From the NCBI GenBank assembly GCA_000934665.2, contig JYFJ02004021.1, positions 1 through 35,590 of the forward strand: a DNA stretch of 35,590 nucleotides, given 5' to 3'. The first letter of the stretch is position 1. The number at the start of each line of letters is the position of its first letter. This stretch comes from Catajapyx aquilonaris (taxonomy: Eukaryota). The notes beneath the pieces are model-generated. The model ran no database searches. It was given only the letters and a program-made list of their open reading frames with translations, and was not told where the DNA came from. A program made the translations under genes and the position numbers. This document shows positions 24,020 through 35,590 of this stretch, one piece after another.

Positions 24020-24155
24020 CTAGGACATGCATGTCACTGGTGTCGCGCCGCGTTTGAAAAGAAGGCGCCTCTGCTGAAACCTCACATCTGTAGGTTCCGG
24101 AGCTGTTCAGCGTTAAATCCTTCAGGGACACCTGATTGGCTGTGCATTGCGATAA
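24020..24155 (-). CDS. beat: Beat-family Ig protein, coding exon 3 (C-terminal half of Ig1)
   Basis: Acceptor CCGCAG|TTA, phase 0. Translates LSQCTANQVSLKDLTLNSSGTYRCEVSAEAPSFQTRRDTSDMHVL with the Beat motif SGxYRCEVSAEAPSFxT. Donor AG|GTAGGT, phase 1. Confidence 0.95.
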
Positions 24156-24539
24156 CTGCGGTAACGGAGCAGATGTAGTACAGTCATTAACGGGCTCGGC
24201 AGCAGACGCAGCCAACAGCGCAATTAAATTCAACTTGCAAGAGCAAGGGGGCGGGAGGGGGGGGGGGAGTAATTATGCCATTCCAATACGTTCCTTGCAA
24301 CAAAAGACTGGCAGTAATGAGCCTGGAATTGCATACTCCTTTGAAATATTCTTCTCTTTATTAATGCAGTCTACAGAAAGCAGCCGTCTCTTATGCATGG
24401 AACATGTCAGGTATGACTTTTCCCTTTCTTTTTGCATCGGTGCGTGACTAATGTGGCATATTACAGTGTCGCATGCGCTTTTGCTGCTTGCCGAACAATG
24501 ATGTGTGAATAAAACTGTGAAAACAAGAGTACAACTCAC

Positions 24540-24748
24540 ATCGAGTTGGATTCCTTGGACGGGGAAGGTGCGTCGGACGACGTTATCTGAGGGCATGTAG
24601 CGGAAGAACTCGTGGTCATCTTTGTACCACTTGACCGCATACAGGCCATCATTTTGCAAGTCGTAATTGCAGATAAGCACAGCATTGCTTCCTCTTGCTT
24701 GCTGCTTGGGCACTTTCAACTCCAGATTACCAAGCGTCATCACCACTG
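24540..24748 (-). CDS. beat: Beat-family Ig protein, coding exon 2 (N-terminal half of Ig1)
   Basis: Poly-T tract plus TACAG|CAG acceptor. Translates (A)VVMTLGNLELKVPKQQARGSNAVLICNYDLQNDGLYAVKWYKDDHEFFRYMPSDNVVRRTFPVQGIQLD, containing the Beat signature CxYDLxxDxLYxVKWYKxxxEFFRYxP. Donor GAT|GTGAGT, phase 0. The symbol is family-level only. Confidence 0.95.
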
Positions 24749-27491
24749 CTGTAATACAAAAAAAAAAAAAAAATATGCGGATTTTCTAACCTTGAATGAG
24801 CTAACCAAATTTGCAAAATCCCATCGAGACATATGCCAGTATAAAAATTGCACTAAAAACTAACACAGAATTATGTTCCTCACGAGAACAGTAAAATGCT
24901 CGCAATTTGCACTCATTACTATGAACTACATGAGACATCCATGGAAAGGGGCATAACAAGATATCGAACCATAAGCTCATTTTTCACTATCATGCCAGCA
25001 ATTATTCCTTTTTTTTAAAAAAAAAAGTGTTTATATGCGATTATATGTACAATGACAATTTATTGCCCCTATTTCTGTTTTAATATTCCATTTTCCCCCT
25101 TAGGAAAACTGGAAGCTTCGGAGAGAAGCAAGTGGGCTGCAAATTCGTGCTCGGAGGGTGCTCGCCACGCGGATGGAAATCTATGTTCATTTAGCATAAG
25201 ATAACAATTTTCATATTGCCACGGAAAAATTTTATAGTCGAAAAGTTTCACGGAATAACAGCGTAGATGAATTTTTCATTTTTAACCCCCCCCCCCCCAC
25301 CCCCTACTCCACCCCACCCTATTCAGCACGTCCAACGGATGGGTTACTAATGACTCTTTAAACAAACATCCGGTTTAGTACACATAATAACCCCTTGAGT
25401 CTGTTACACAGAGCTTGTCCTGGCTTCCAATTAAGTCCTCTGTTGCCGCATAATTCATTTAGTGACCCCCGCAGCACTCACATTGCGTGATGATTTCCTG
25501 CAAACTGCACACGAGTTGACGCGGGTCAATAACTAACCTTTATACCGTTTTTTTTTTTTGAAACTAGGAGGATTCTACCCTATTGCAATAGTACAGGTCT
25601 ATGCACCCTGTATGTGCCAGAGCGTTTCCTCCTACACGTCCATCTTTGTTTCTTTCTCTGGAACATTTATTTAACTGCGACATGTGAAGGGAACCCAAAA
25701 GAAGGGAGAAGTAGAGCGAGGAAGGGTTGTCAGATGCTATAAAGTTGTACCGTGAAGGAACTGCAGTGCAATAGGCCAAAATAGAACATTCAGGGAAGGC
25801 TGGAAATGGGGGGAGAGGGGGGAGGAGGAGGAAAAAAATCTCTAGCCTGCACTGCCTGCTCCCTGGGAAAGATTAAGCACCTCGCGTCTTCTGCATACTA
25901 AACTGGCTTCACGGACAAATTACTTCTAGCCTTGACATGAAAAGCAACTTCTTAATTGCTACCGCTCTAGCTCTATTCTTCTTGTTCTGTCCAAGCACAC
26001 AAAGAAACAAAAATGGATATCGGGTTTGTTTTTTTGTTTTGTTTTTTTTTGGGGGGGGGGGNGGGACGGAAATGTGGCACAAAGTTGTGTTCTAAACCCA
26101 CCCTTCCACCCCCCCTCAGCCTATAGAGGAGTTTGCAGCACGGCAGTTCCAATTGGCTGCATGATCTGCCACTTTGTAATGTATGGAAATATAATCCAAT
26201 CTTGTTCATTCCTCCGTGGACTTATCCGCCTGACAAATCTCTTCCCAGCAGACAAATTGCCTCAAGGAAGACATGAAACAATTACACCTATATTTCTGTC
26301 GCCGGATGGATTTCACAAAACCCGCTTCATTAAGACTCTCCAGTAAAACGTCTCATTAAGTACTGGAATGAGGAACCCCAATTCCAGTAACCGCTGGAGA
26401 AAAAATAAGAAGAAAAAAAAAAAGAGCTGGAAGCCAAGTTATAAAGCCCTCCACGTTATTTTCGGGAAGAAATACCCCCCCTCGCGTTATGAAATTTTCT
26501 ATTATTTTTCCACTTTTTGAGATTACATTTTCCCCCGGTAAAAGTTTCCACCCCCTCCCCCTCCCCCCACCCTCCGCTTATTGGGCCAGCGAACGTGCTC
26601 CCAAACAATGACATCCTAATTACCGGTAATTAGATGGACAAAGATAATTCGATCATTTTGTATAATCTGCGGAACAATGCAATTCTATGCATCTGACCTG
26701 CACTGAAATAGACTGCCTATCACAATGTGACGAAACTAATTTTTTAATCGATTTTTAAATGCGACAGGGGGTCCCCCTGGTGTAGGCCTAGCTGTGACAT
26801 CGATTTCGTTCCGCGCCCTTTCAACCTCGTTACTATACGTTACACTAGCTTTTTATTGCTCACCTCCCAGCGTATATTGCCTTGTTCGTAACCTGCTGCT
26901 CTATATTCAAAGCAAAATATCCCGCCATTACTTTTTGGAATGGATCTCCTCAATTATGTATCCGAAATAACATAAAGCAGTGGGCTCGATTAGGATCGTG
27001 TAATTAGACTGCAAATGTATGCTCATTTTGCCTGGTGTCTCTGGGGCTTACAAAAAAAAAAAAAAAGCAATGCAGTAGCCTGAATTAAAAATATCATATT
27101 TGGAAGCCAAAAAATGTGTAATTAAACTAATAACTCCCTTTTGTTTGAATTTGCACTGTGCGTATCATCTCTCCGTAAATAATCTGTGCACTCAAGCAAA
27201 ATAAACATTTGCATTGTACTCGTATGCGAATTTTGCGCGTTTTTTTGGCTCGGTTGTAATTACTTAACTGAAAATCTCTGATTACGCTCAGATATTCACG
27301 ATACTAAGTCAGATATTTTCACCTTAATTTGTGCTGATACTATGGATAAAAATTGGCGCTTTTCAGTTGAGTTCATACACCTTAGTCTAAATGGAAAACT
27401 ACTGACATCAGCCAATTCACTTGCACACATCCTGATCTGCAAAAGCCTAATGGAGGGTTGTTTTCAGACACCCGGTACAGGCTGGGTCACA

Positions 27492-27762
27492 TCTTCTATA
27501 TAAATAAAGCCGTTTGTGAGTCTGTCTGTCTCTCTGTCTGCCTGTCCACCGTCATTTGCCTGCCATCTGTGCTCCACCCCCAGGCCGGGAGAGGATGGAG
27601 GTGTTGGGGGTTGGCTACAGATGGCAGGCAAATGACTGTTGCGGGAGAGGTTGAAGGTGTTGGAGTAGCAGGACCACAGATGGTATTGGTGGCCGGACAC
27701 ACAGAAAGACAGACAGTTGACGGGGGCTTCCCGGGCAACGCCGCTCCGGGTGCCGCAGCTAG
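27492..27762 (+). mobile_element. Complete non-autonomous Helitron (271 bp) in beat intron 1
   Basis: 5' end A|TCTTCTATATAAATAAA, then a (TCTG)n patch. 3' GC-rich hairpin CCCGGGCAACGCCGCTCCGGG followed by CTAG|T. Inserted between A and T with no TSD. Confidence 0.88.
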
Positions 27763-28920
27763 TGGTACAATAATGAACAAAGTGTAACGTAATGCAATTT
27801 TCAATTAAGTCATAGTTCTCGCTTACAATTACTGCATATTAATGAATTTAACATGTGTCAAATGCCATTTTATATACCCATACACCTCATCACAATAACA
27901 ACAGTAGAGCGACTACGTCACGGGTTCCTTCCAGAAATGTTTTCAGAAGGCTATAAAACCGCAGCAAATCTACATTGAGAGAAACCTCAGGGGTTGCTAT
28001 ATATTTCAATTTCTGCCTCCATGGAACCACAGGCAATGGATACAGAATATGCACAACGAAAATGATTTTCTTGTCAGAACCTAAGATATACAGCACCATG
28101 CTGTATATTCAATCCGGCAAGCTCTGCACAATGAATCGAGGCAAAAATACCTTGCGGTTCCACTGAATTGTAGTGTTTGTCTTCTATCTGAATTGAAGCA
28201 AAACAGTAAGTCTGCACTACTGCATGTATGCATCTCATGTATAAATTAGGCCCACATGTCAACTCCAGATTTGTTTGCAAAAATGCTACGTATCACTGTG
28301 CAGAACCATTAAAGTAAACCTCAGGTTACCAAGCACTGTACAGAGCAGCCATATCATGACCCCCGCAGTTGTAAACCGCACTACAGTAAACAGCTGAAAA
28401 AGGCCTGTTCACTAATGGCTAATAATAAATGAATCGGAACTCCGATCGCAGATCACCCTATAAAATTCCGGCACCCGCATGCAGTCTACAAGCAACTTGC
28501 CATATCTGCGTAATTTCCCGATTATTACCGTGTTATGTATTCCATTATTTTCACAAACGGCAATAATTCTTGGCGAATGGTATATATATAGGGCACTGTA
28601 CCCCTAGCCTGCAGCCAGGCTTTCCATACTTGAAAGCATGCTTTGCAGTGGTCCGACCTAACCGCCTACATGAGAACTTACAGCTTCTCAAAGTAGTTCT
28701 CCAGAGGAAAAACGATTAAATTTTGATATGCAAGCTTCTGCAATGAGAATTCCCAAACTTCCTTACACCTGTAAATGAACCTCTCTGCTACCGAGGGACA
28801 TGTCTGCTATGTGTAAAGGGTTGTGCTTTACCAAGAATCGTTGTGCTGGTCAAACTGCCTCTTTCGGAAGAAAATAATTTGAGGCTTATTTCCTATTATG
28901 TCACCACCCAGACTATTATT

Positions 28921-29131
28921 GCTAGGAAGTGTAGGTAGCCCACTTCCGTGTACGAAGCATTATAACCGGACACTGATAATGAAGGAAGTGGTTGTGGTCA
29001 TAGTGGTAAAAACTATCCTCACATAACCCTGGAAGAGTAAGGTACACAAACTCAATATCAGGGTGGGAGAGATTCGAACCGAGGACTCGCTTGAACGCCT
29101 ACAACTAGATTAGACAACCACAGTACAGACC
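28921..29131 (-). mobile_element. tRNA-derived SINE with 10-bp TSD in beat intron 1
   Basis: B-box GGTTCGAATC (29080-29071) with a degenerate A-box about 40 nt upstream. Flanked by direct repeats GACTATTATT (28911-28920 and 29132-29141). Confidence 0.55.
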
Positions 29132-32100
29132 GACTATTATTTTTAGCACTTCCTTTGATTTGTTTTTCTCATTAGGCATGTGATATAGCTTCAGCTCTGC
29201 TAATTGCAAAGGCACACAATACAAGCTTAGGTAAACTACTTGGAATCGCACCGCTGCGCTGTAATGCGGTTCTAATTCTTGCGAATGTCTGCAAATATTT
29301 GACACTCTGAGATGACGGATTGTCACAATGCAATGTAATTTGAGCACGCTTATTTTTACAACAATGTTACCATAAACATTCATGAAACAAGTACCTACGA
29401 AAAATATTGAGAGAGCCCCCATCATATTTGTATACCATGCAGATATAGTTCCTGCTCATACAAAAGTGCAAGCAATAGTGTGGTCAGCAGTTACGTCAGT
29501 TTTGTTTTTTTCGGACACCATGATATCCGGAACGGTCTCCGGGGCTGAGATGGCGGCGGGGACTTTATGGAATAGGTCCCCGATGAAATTGGATGCGAAC
29601 TTTGAATCCCGGTTGCGCCGACTGGAAGGTGATTCCGCCAAGGAAAACTCTTCGACTCGGGGAGATCTACTTAAGCTTTCGCATTACGGTGTAGCAGAGT
29701 CAATCCTAATAAGAAAGAGCTTAGGTGAAGGTTGAGCGGAGAGTGGCTCGAAATAGGGGAGGTATAGGTGGAAGAGGGAAGGGGGGATAAAAAAAGGGGG
29801 GAGGGGCAAATAGATGGCACCCAAATGATTCCAAGCCCTCCGTTTTCTTTAGTCTAATGAAAACGGATAATTCCCCAGCGCTCGTACTACCTTTTTTTTA
29901 CACCTTTACGAACAAAATACGTTTCCTGAATGTACGAAATATTCGGTCACTTTTTTTTCTTTTTTTTTCGTGAAAGCAATCACGTACAGGCTTGCTTCTG
30001 AAGCGTTGCTAAGAGCTTTCCGCAGACAAAGGAGTAAGTCTGTTGGGGCTTATATTTTAAAGCGGATTTGTACTGTACGACAATGATGTCTTGCCCGCGA
30101 GTAAGGTCGACCAATCATGTCCAATCTTTCAACTGATGACGTCTGCTGCAGGACCTTTTTTTTTTGTGGAAGCGAAAGATTAGGTGTAATCTACTTACTT
30201 TTATTTACTTCGGAGAATCAGCGTTACAGGTATCAACTTTTATGTCACGTTATAGAAGTGCTATAGCAATAAGTGAAAGTAGGTAGTTGCTGAGCCATTT
30301 ACGCTCTTTCAAACATGAAAGAGGAAAAAATTGAGGCATTTCAGTGCACATTTTGTTCCAATCTTTTACGATACTTTCTATAGGGTCCTCGTAAGAGCCG
30401 AATATTTCAAGGCATTCAAAACGAGCTGTTTTTCTCAACTCGTATCGCGGAATCACTCAGTGTTTTTTCTTGATTAAATCGTTGTTTATATAGCATGCAC
30501 ACTGCAAAAGATACCTGAATGTAAGCAATAGGCGTATCTAGGCGTGCATAATTTCTTATTTCTATGTCAAATGAAGATATTCAAGTGAAAGAATGATAAC
30601 ATGCTGTATTTTTAAATTCATTAAGCCTGCTATGCATGCCATCATGTGTACGTGTATAATTAATTTTATGACCTAAGAATATTGTACAGTACACTAGCCG
30701 TACTCCAACAATAAACCATTGATTAAAAACAATCCGAACGAGCTCTCTAATGAACCCTACTTGACAAGTGTGACTTTTTCAGCTCCGACCATATCACCGT
30801 CGAGGTGACAACGTCTGCTCTTGACCTACGACACATAATTGGCCTCTTATGTTCCAACCTAATGGAAATGATTCAACCACTCTACCAAATAAAAAGGAGA
30901 ACAAGAACCGCCTGTAAAGTGGGACTGGGTTGGCAGTAAAACATTTAAATCCTTTTCCCTAGGAGGATTTATATTTTGGGCAAGGAGTCTGAGGGCTTGC
31001 CACTTGACCTCATTAGGACGGCGACTCCACTTCATTAATGACACTTTCGATCGGCCTCACCACTCTACAAATTACCCCCTTGGAAGACGAAAAAAAAAAG
31101 AAAGTTGGAAGAAAAGAGGCAGGGGAAAGATTGGCTGGGAGAAATTCCAGTTGGGAGAAGAAAAGGAGCCAGGTCGCAGACATTATTAAGCCTGCGGACC
31201 TCCGCAAGACTTCTTTCCCTCTTTGTTTTTCATCAGGATCTTGGAGGAACTAAGTTGTGGGCCGAGTTTCCAGTTGGAAGTTAGGCCTAGCTACTGTAGG
31301 CGCCCCCACCCACCCACCTACCCCTCCATACTGCCTGAATGCAACTTGGAGGAATGATGCTTCCATTTCCCGCCAAGCTTCCTTTCGGTCCAATCTCTTA
31401 GCTTGCAACCTCCACCCCCCTACCAACCCCTCCCCCTCACCTCCAAGGAAATAAACTCATAAATCCCTGCTAATCTTGCAGTCCTCTTCTTTTTTTTCCT
31501 CCCAAAAGTCAAGCCCAGCCACAAATTCCAGCAGGTTTGTTTCATATCATTTCCTCAATAGGAAATGAGTTTTGTCGATATGTCCATAGCGCCTCTGAGC
31601 AGTTAGAGTGTTTGTTTTGGAAAGGCANGGGGGGGGAATGATAGTTTTTTTTTCCTTTGTTCAAAATATCTCTGGAGGCAATGCTTTACGTTTTAAATGA
31701 AGCCTCAAATGTATACTTGTTAATCAATTCCGGCATATAGATGATTGCCGTGTTACATATGCGAGCGAGTCAAATTAGTTACAATATTTGCACATTAATT
31801 TCCCAGCTCCATATTGCTCATGTAAACATGCGATGGTTATCCGTGCTTACTGAAAACTACGCCGAAAAGTAAGGGACGCATAAAATTGCATGCGACGTGC
31901 AAATAAAAATCTAGTAATAATAACGAACTGACCCCCTTCGTTTTGTGCGCCAACACGCGGTTGCACTCTTGAATCGCTATAATCAACTGGGAGTGAAATT
32001 GTAATTCTATAATCATAATATGTGTACCTATCATACAAATGCAGCGCACATAATCACGTCCCAACGGAAATGTTGTCCTTAATCAACACAGTTACCTGTC

Positions 32101-33473
32101 AATCTCCACTGACACGCGTTAACGAGATGCTAATAATTGTGTCAACATATTACAGTATTGCCAATCTTTTGCGGCACTTTGCAAAATTTCTAAAACAATA
32201 TACTGCAATAAACATTTTGGACCCCACTACTAGAACTGCTAGAAACTACATAACTTACAATAACAACAATAAAAATTTCCCCTTTTTTAAAAACAACCCT
32301 TACAGCTGAACAAATTCTCATCTTCGGAGTGGCTACACGACCGAGGTGTCAAGTCGTGTGCGCGCCCTGTCGCCCTCATTTAAACTGACTTGTGGCTATT
32401 TCCGGAACAGGAAAGGTTTCACTTTGGACATGACCGCAATAAAGTTGTGGACTAGACCGTGTCACTAGCTTTTGTCTTCAGCTCAAAATGGTAATCGAGT
32501 CCTCCAGCCATTTGTAAAATGTTCCACAAAAGGTGCGCCATATAGAGTGTAGGCCTACTAATAACTAATAACAACTACACCCTTCCCAAATCAATGATCG
32601 ATCGCCCCCCCTAATTTTCAAAGGCATATTTGATTGGCCATAATTGATCGGCCATATTGATTCCAAACGCCAACAGTGGGAATTATGAATATTGTCATCT
32701 CCGGCTGAGACTTTTTTTGTTGTTGTTGATAGCATTTTTTTTCCTACTGTGTACTATCGAGTGCTCAGGCAGTGGATGATTGGGAGCAGCAGGGCTTGCC
32801 CGGGTCGACAAAGTTTCGGAGACCCCCTTGATTCATTTATCGGAGGCTGAGCGCGAAAAGAAACCGGGATGAGATCGGGAGGTGAGTGAAGCCGAAAAGT
32901 CCAAGCCGTAACCTTAATCAGAGCTTGATAGTTCCGGTTAGAGAGAAACGGTAGGAGGGAGGGTTATATAGCAGGAGAATGCATTAGTTGCGAACCATTG
33001 GCCAACTATAGCCTTTCCTAGGACTATATAACCTGCCCTCCCGCCATTTCCAATTTCAATTGGACCGCATTCGAAGCGATTCCAGCCATCTACTCGCCAT
33101 CCATGAAACTCAATTCCACGCTTCCATGACAAGTCCGCACTATTTTTTTTTTTTTTTGGGGGGGGGGGGTGCCCTCCGGGCCCTTTGTTTCAATTGCGCC
33201 TATTAACGCTTGCATTTCCGCTTTGCAAAATTCAAACACACATGAATGTGGATTCGGCCTGACGGTGCTTACGGGGATTACCCGGGATCTCCCCGATTTT
33301 TTTAAAAAAAAAACTCTCATGTCCTGATAGCTTGCACGAGTGCATTGAATGAATCTGCATTCAATCGGAATTGTTTCAATAGCTTTTTGAGTGCTCTTTT
33401 CTGCAGCGAGTCATTTTGTCAATTTTTTTTTCGTTATAAAAATTATTGGCTACTCAACTCATTAAGGGCTTAC

Positions 33474-33528
33474 CTGGCGCCAGGAAGAGTACAAGAAGGA
33501 AGAAGAGTCCCACAGCACCGGCAACCAT
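33474..33528 (-). CDS. beat: Beat-family Ig protein, coding exon 1 (signal peptide MVAGAVGLFFLLVLFLAP + G)
   Basis: ATG at 33528 in an AAGTC-ATG-G context, then 18 mostly hydrophobic codons and a strong donor CAG|GTAAGC in phase 1. This matches the phase-1 acceptor of exon 2. The exon is too short to appear in the ORF track. Confidence 0.85.
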
Positions 33529-34142
33529 GACTTTTCTTCGCAAGCATTGAACACTGTGCAGACTCCAAATGAAAAAACGAACCCAAAAAAAGCGAAAACT
33601 GGCCACAAAATAGAATCAGGTCAAAGCACCGACGATCAACACTCCACTGTGTAATATCCGCACTCAGTCCGTCCACCAACCACATGTGATCTCCACTTAT
33701 CCATCATTCGAGACTCAACCTATACTCTTACTGTCCCCCCTTTTTGAAAAAAAAAAAATAACCCCCAAGTTTATAACGCTTATATTTATCTCTCAGCCGG
33801 AATGGGCAACACGCATGGTCAACTGCAGGGTCATCCTGCTTGGCATGACGAGAGTCATCCTGCTGGTTCTTTGGTCTGTATCCATGCACTGAAGGATGAC
33901 GGTCGACTGAGGAGCAATCGGCCGCACTCGCAGACTCATATCCCCCGAGCCCCCAATGGCCGTCAGCGAATCCAAAGATGCGCGCGCTCAGCCTACGTCG
34001 CATGCGCGTAATTCCAGCTTGGTTCTACTGTTGTTTTTTTTTACTACTACTTTTTTTTTGTTCCTTGGTTCTTTACGAATTGCCCTGGCTCTAATTACGT
34101 GCACCAGGTGGGCTCCTTTTCATTACGCTTTGGCCCAACAAT

Positions 34143-34211
34143 ACTCACACCTCCGTTTCTCACCGCCCCAGAAACATGATTCTTATGGTTATTCCCAACA
34201 CAAACGACTGA
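34143..34211 (-). promoter_or_regulatory. Candidate transcription start (Inr) and short non-coding first exon of the beat gene
   Basis: TCAGTC (arthropod Inr consensus TCAKTY) at 34211-34206, followed about 60 nt later by the donor-like GTGAGT (34148-34143). A second TCAGTC lies at 33910-33905. There is no DPE match at +28. Motif-only evidence. Confidence 0.25.
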
Positions 34212-34503
34212 ATCTCGTGCTTAAGTAAATGTCACGCGAGGCGGATGCTCGTAGGTGGTGGTCAAGTAAACACTTTTGCTGTTTCCGCGAGGTGTGTGAT
34301 TCGTTTTGTGAGTGATTGTGGGAGGAGCAGAATGCATGGGTGTCCGATATTCATGTTATGACACAATAGTAATACACAATCAGCTTGAAAATGCAAGCTG
34401 CATCAGTGTTGGTACCCTGGGGACAAATTGAGTTGGAAACTTGTATTTGAAAGTGAAATTGCCATTTTTGTCATTTGCTCCCAAAAAAAATATACTTAAT
34501 ATA

Positions 34504-34694
34504 CAGGGTGTTCCAAATTCGCGGGTCACTTTGTGCTAGCTAATATCTCCCTGGGGGATCGAATATAGCAGGAGTTATAGAATGTGGCACATGGTTCGGG
34601 TATAGTAGTTCGGGGCACAACAAGCTACAAAAAAATAGCTCCTTCCAGGAGATATTAGTTAGCACAATGTGGCCCGCGAATTTGGAACACCCTG
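34504..34694. mobile_element. Tc1/mariner-type MITE, family B copy 2
   Basis: TA|CAGGGTGTTCCAAATTCGCGGG ... CCCGCGAATTTGGAACACCCTG|TA: a perfect 22-bp TIR with longer imperfect pairing. Confidence 0.92.
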
Positions 34695-34737
34695 TATGTG
34701 TTCATGCTGCATTTACAGTGTGTCTGAATTTATGTGT

Positions 34738-34996
34738 CAACAACAACAACAACAACAACAACAAGGCAGATGTGTCTACTAGGACCGTTTTGGAGATCTT
34801 TTCATGGCTCGACTGTAGTTATTGACGTCACTGTTGATGTATTTTGCTGTGGGAGAAGACGGGACAACCTCGAGAAAACCCACGCGACCACGGAGAAAGA
34901 ACATGAGTACATCCACTGTCCGACCCGGGGATCGAACGCTAGTCCTCAGAGAGAGAGACCGGAAGAGTATGATTTTAACCACTACGCCACCGTCTA
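34738..34996 (-). mobile_element. tRNA-derived SINE with V-SINE-like central domain and (TTG)9 tail
   Basis: A-box TGGCGTAGTGG (34989-34979) and B-box GTTCGATCC (34937-34929). These are followed by CGTGGGTTTTCTCGAGGTTGTCCCGTCTTCTCCCACAGCAAAA and end in (CAA)9 on the + strand (34738-34764). Confidence 0.8.
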
Positions 34997-35495
34997 TTGA
35001 GCCAGACATAGCGAATGTATTTTTCAATAAATTTTATATTATCCTTGGTATATGAGTTCACATTTTAAAAACTATTCTGTATACAGGGCAATACGTCTAT
35101 GTTGCAACAGTAAGTTATAGTACTTCCAAATTGAAAATTACATTATTTTCTTTCAAATGTCATATACGTAATGAGGCTGATGACAAACTTCGGCTCTATG
35201 CAATAATTATCAGGTATATCTGGAAGTTTGGGAATACATTGCAAAATCAGCGTATGCACTCGTACATGTTTTAACAAAGAAATTAATCCAGAGTTAATAG
35301 CATAGTCTACATGTTTTTTTTTTAACTTTCATGAAATGACCTCCTTCGTCTGTGACACATCGTCAGCCTCTGTAATCCTCCTGATAAATGATAATTAAAT
35401 TCGTAAGGCCTGTATTGTGTGTTTTCTAATTTTGATTTCAACTACCGTTACGACCATATGGCACCAGTGTACCGATAGTTCTGAGTAGGCCTATA

Positions 35496-35590
35496 CAGGG
35501 TGTTTACGACCTAACTTTACAAACTTCTAGGGGTGATAGAGGGGACCAAGACAAACATTTTCGACATAGGAACCCGTGTCCGGAAACGCC
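35496..35590 (+). mobile_element. Left end of another Tc1/mariner-type element, truncated by the window edge
   Basis: TA|CAGGGTGTTTACGAC... has the same CAGGGTG terminus class as family B. The partner TIR is not in the window. Confidence 0.6.

Noticed and set aside
24273..24539. C-terminal part of the 157-aa ORF as coding
   Set aside because: It lies past the GTGAGT donor at 24539 and is intron read-through; Beat similarity resumes at 24155.
34920..34996. A/B-box region as a tRNA gene
   Set aside because: I could not form a cloverleaf acceptor or anticodon stem, and it continues into a SINE body and microsatellite tail. The same applies to 29071-29131.

Overview
This is eukaryotic genomic DNA, most likely from an arthropod; that assignment is inferred from the gene family and repeat types. 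I can support one protein-coding gene: a complete six-coding-exon beaten path (Beat)-family gene on the minus strand (33528->22682, about 286 aa). It encodes a signal peptide, two Ig domains and a hydrophobic, GPI-signal-like C-terminus, and all five GT-AG introns have matching phases. The rest is an 8.7-kb first intron and about 22 kb of downstream non-coding DNA full of short non-autonomous elements. These include Tc1/mariner-type MITEs (TA flanks), PIF/Harbinger-type MITEs, a complete 271-bp Helitron, a Helentron/DINE-1-like element with a 49-bp internal array, a ~600-bp foldback, tRNA-derived SINEs (one with a V-SINE-like core) and degraded LINE/LTR remnants. I found no CRISPR array, rRNA, intact tRNA or autonomous transposase, and no convincing wholly new biological system. 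The best leads are a possible secreted-versus-anchored splice switch in Beat, an unidentified frameshifted coding-like remnant at about 8.6-9.5 kb, and several structurally unusual repeats.
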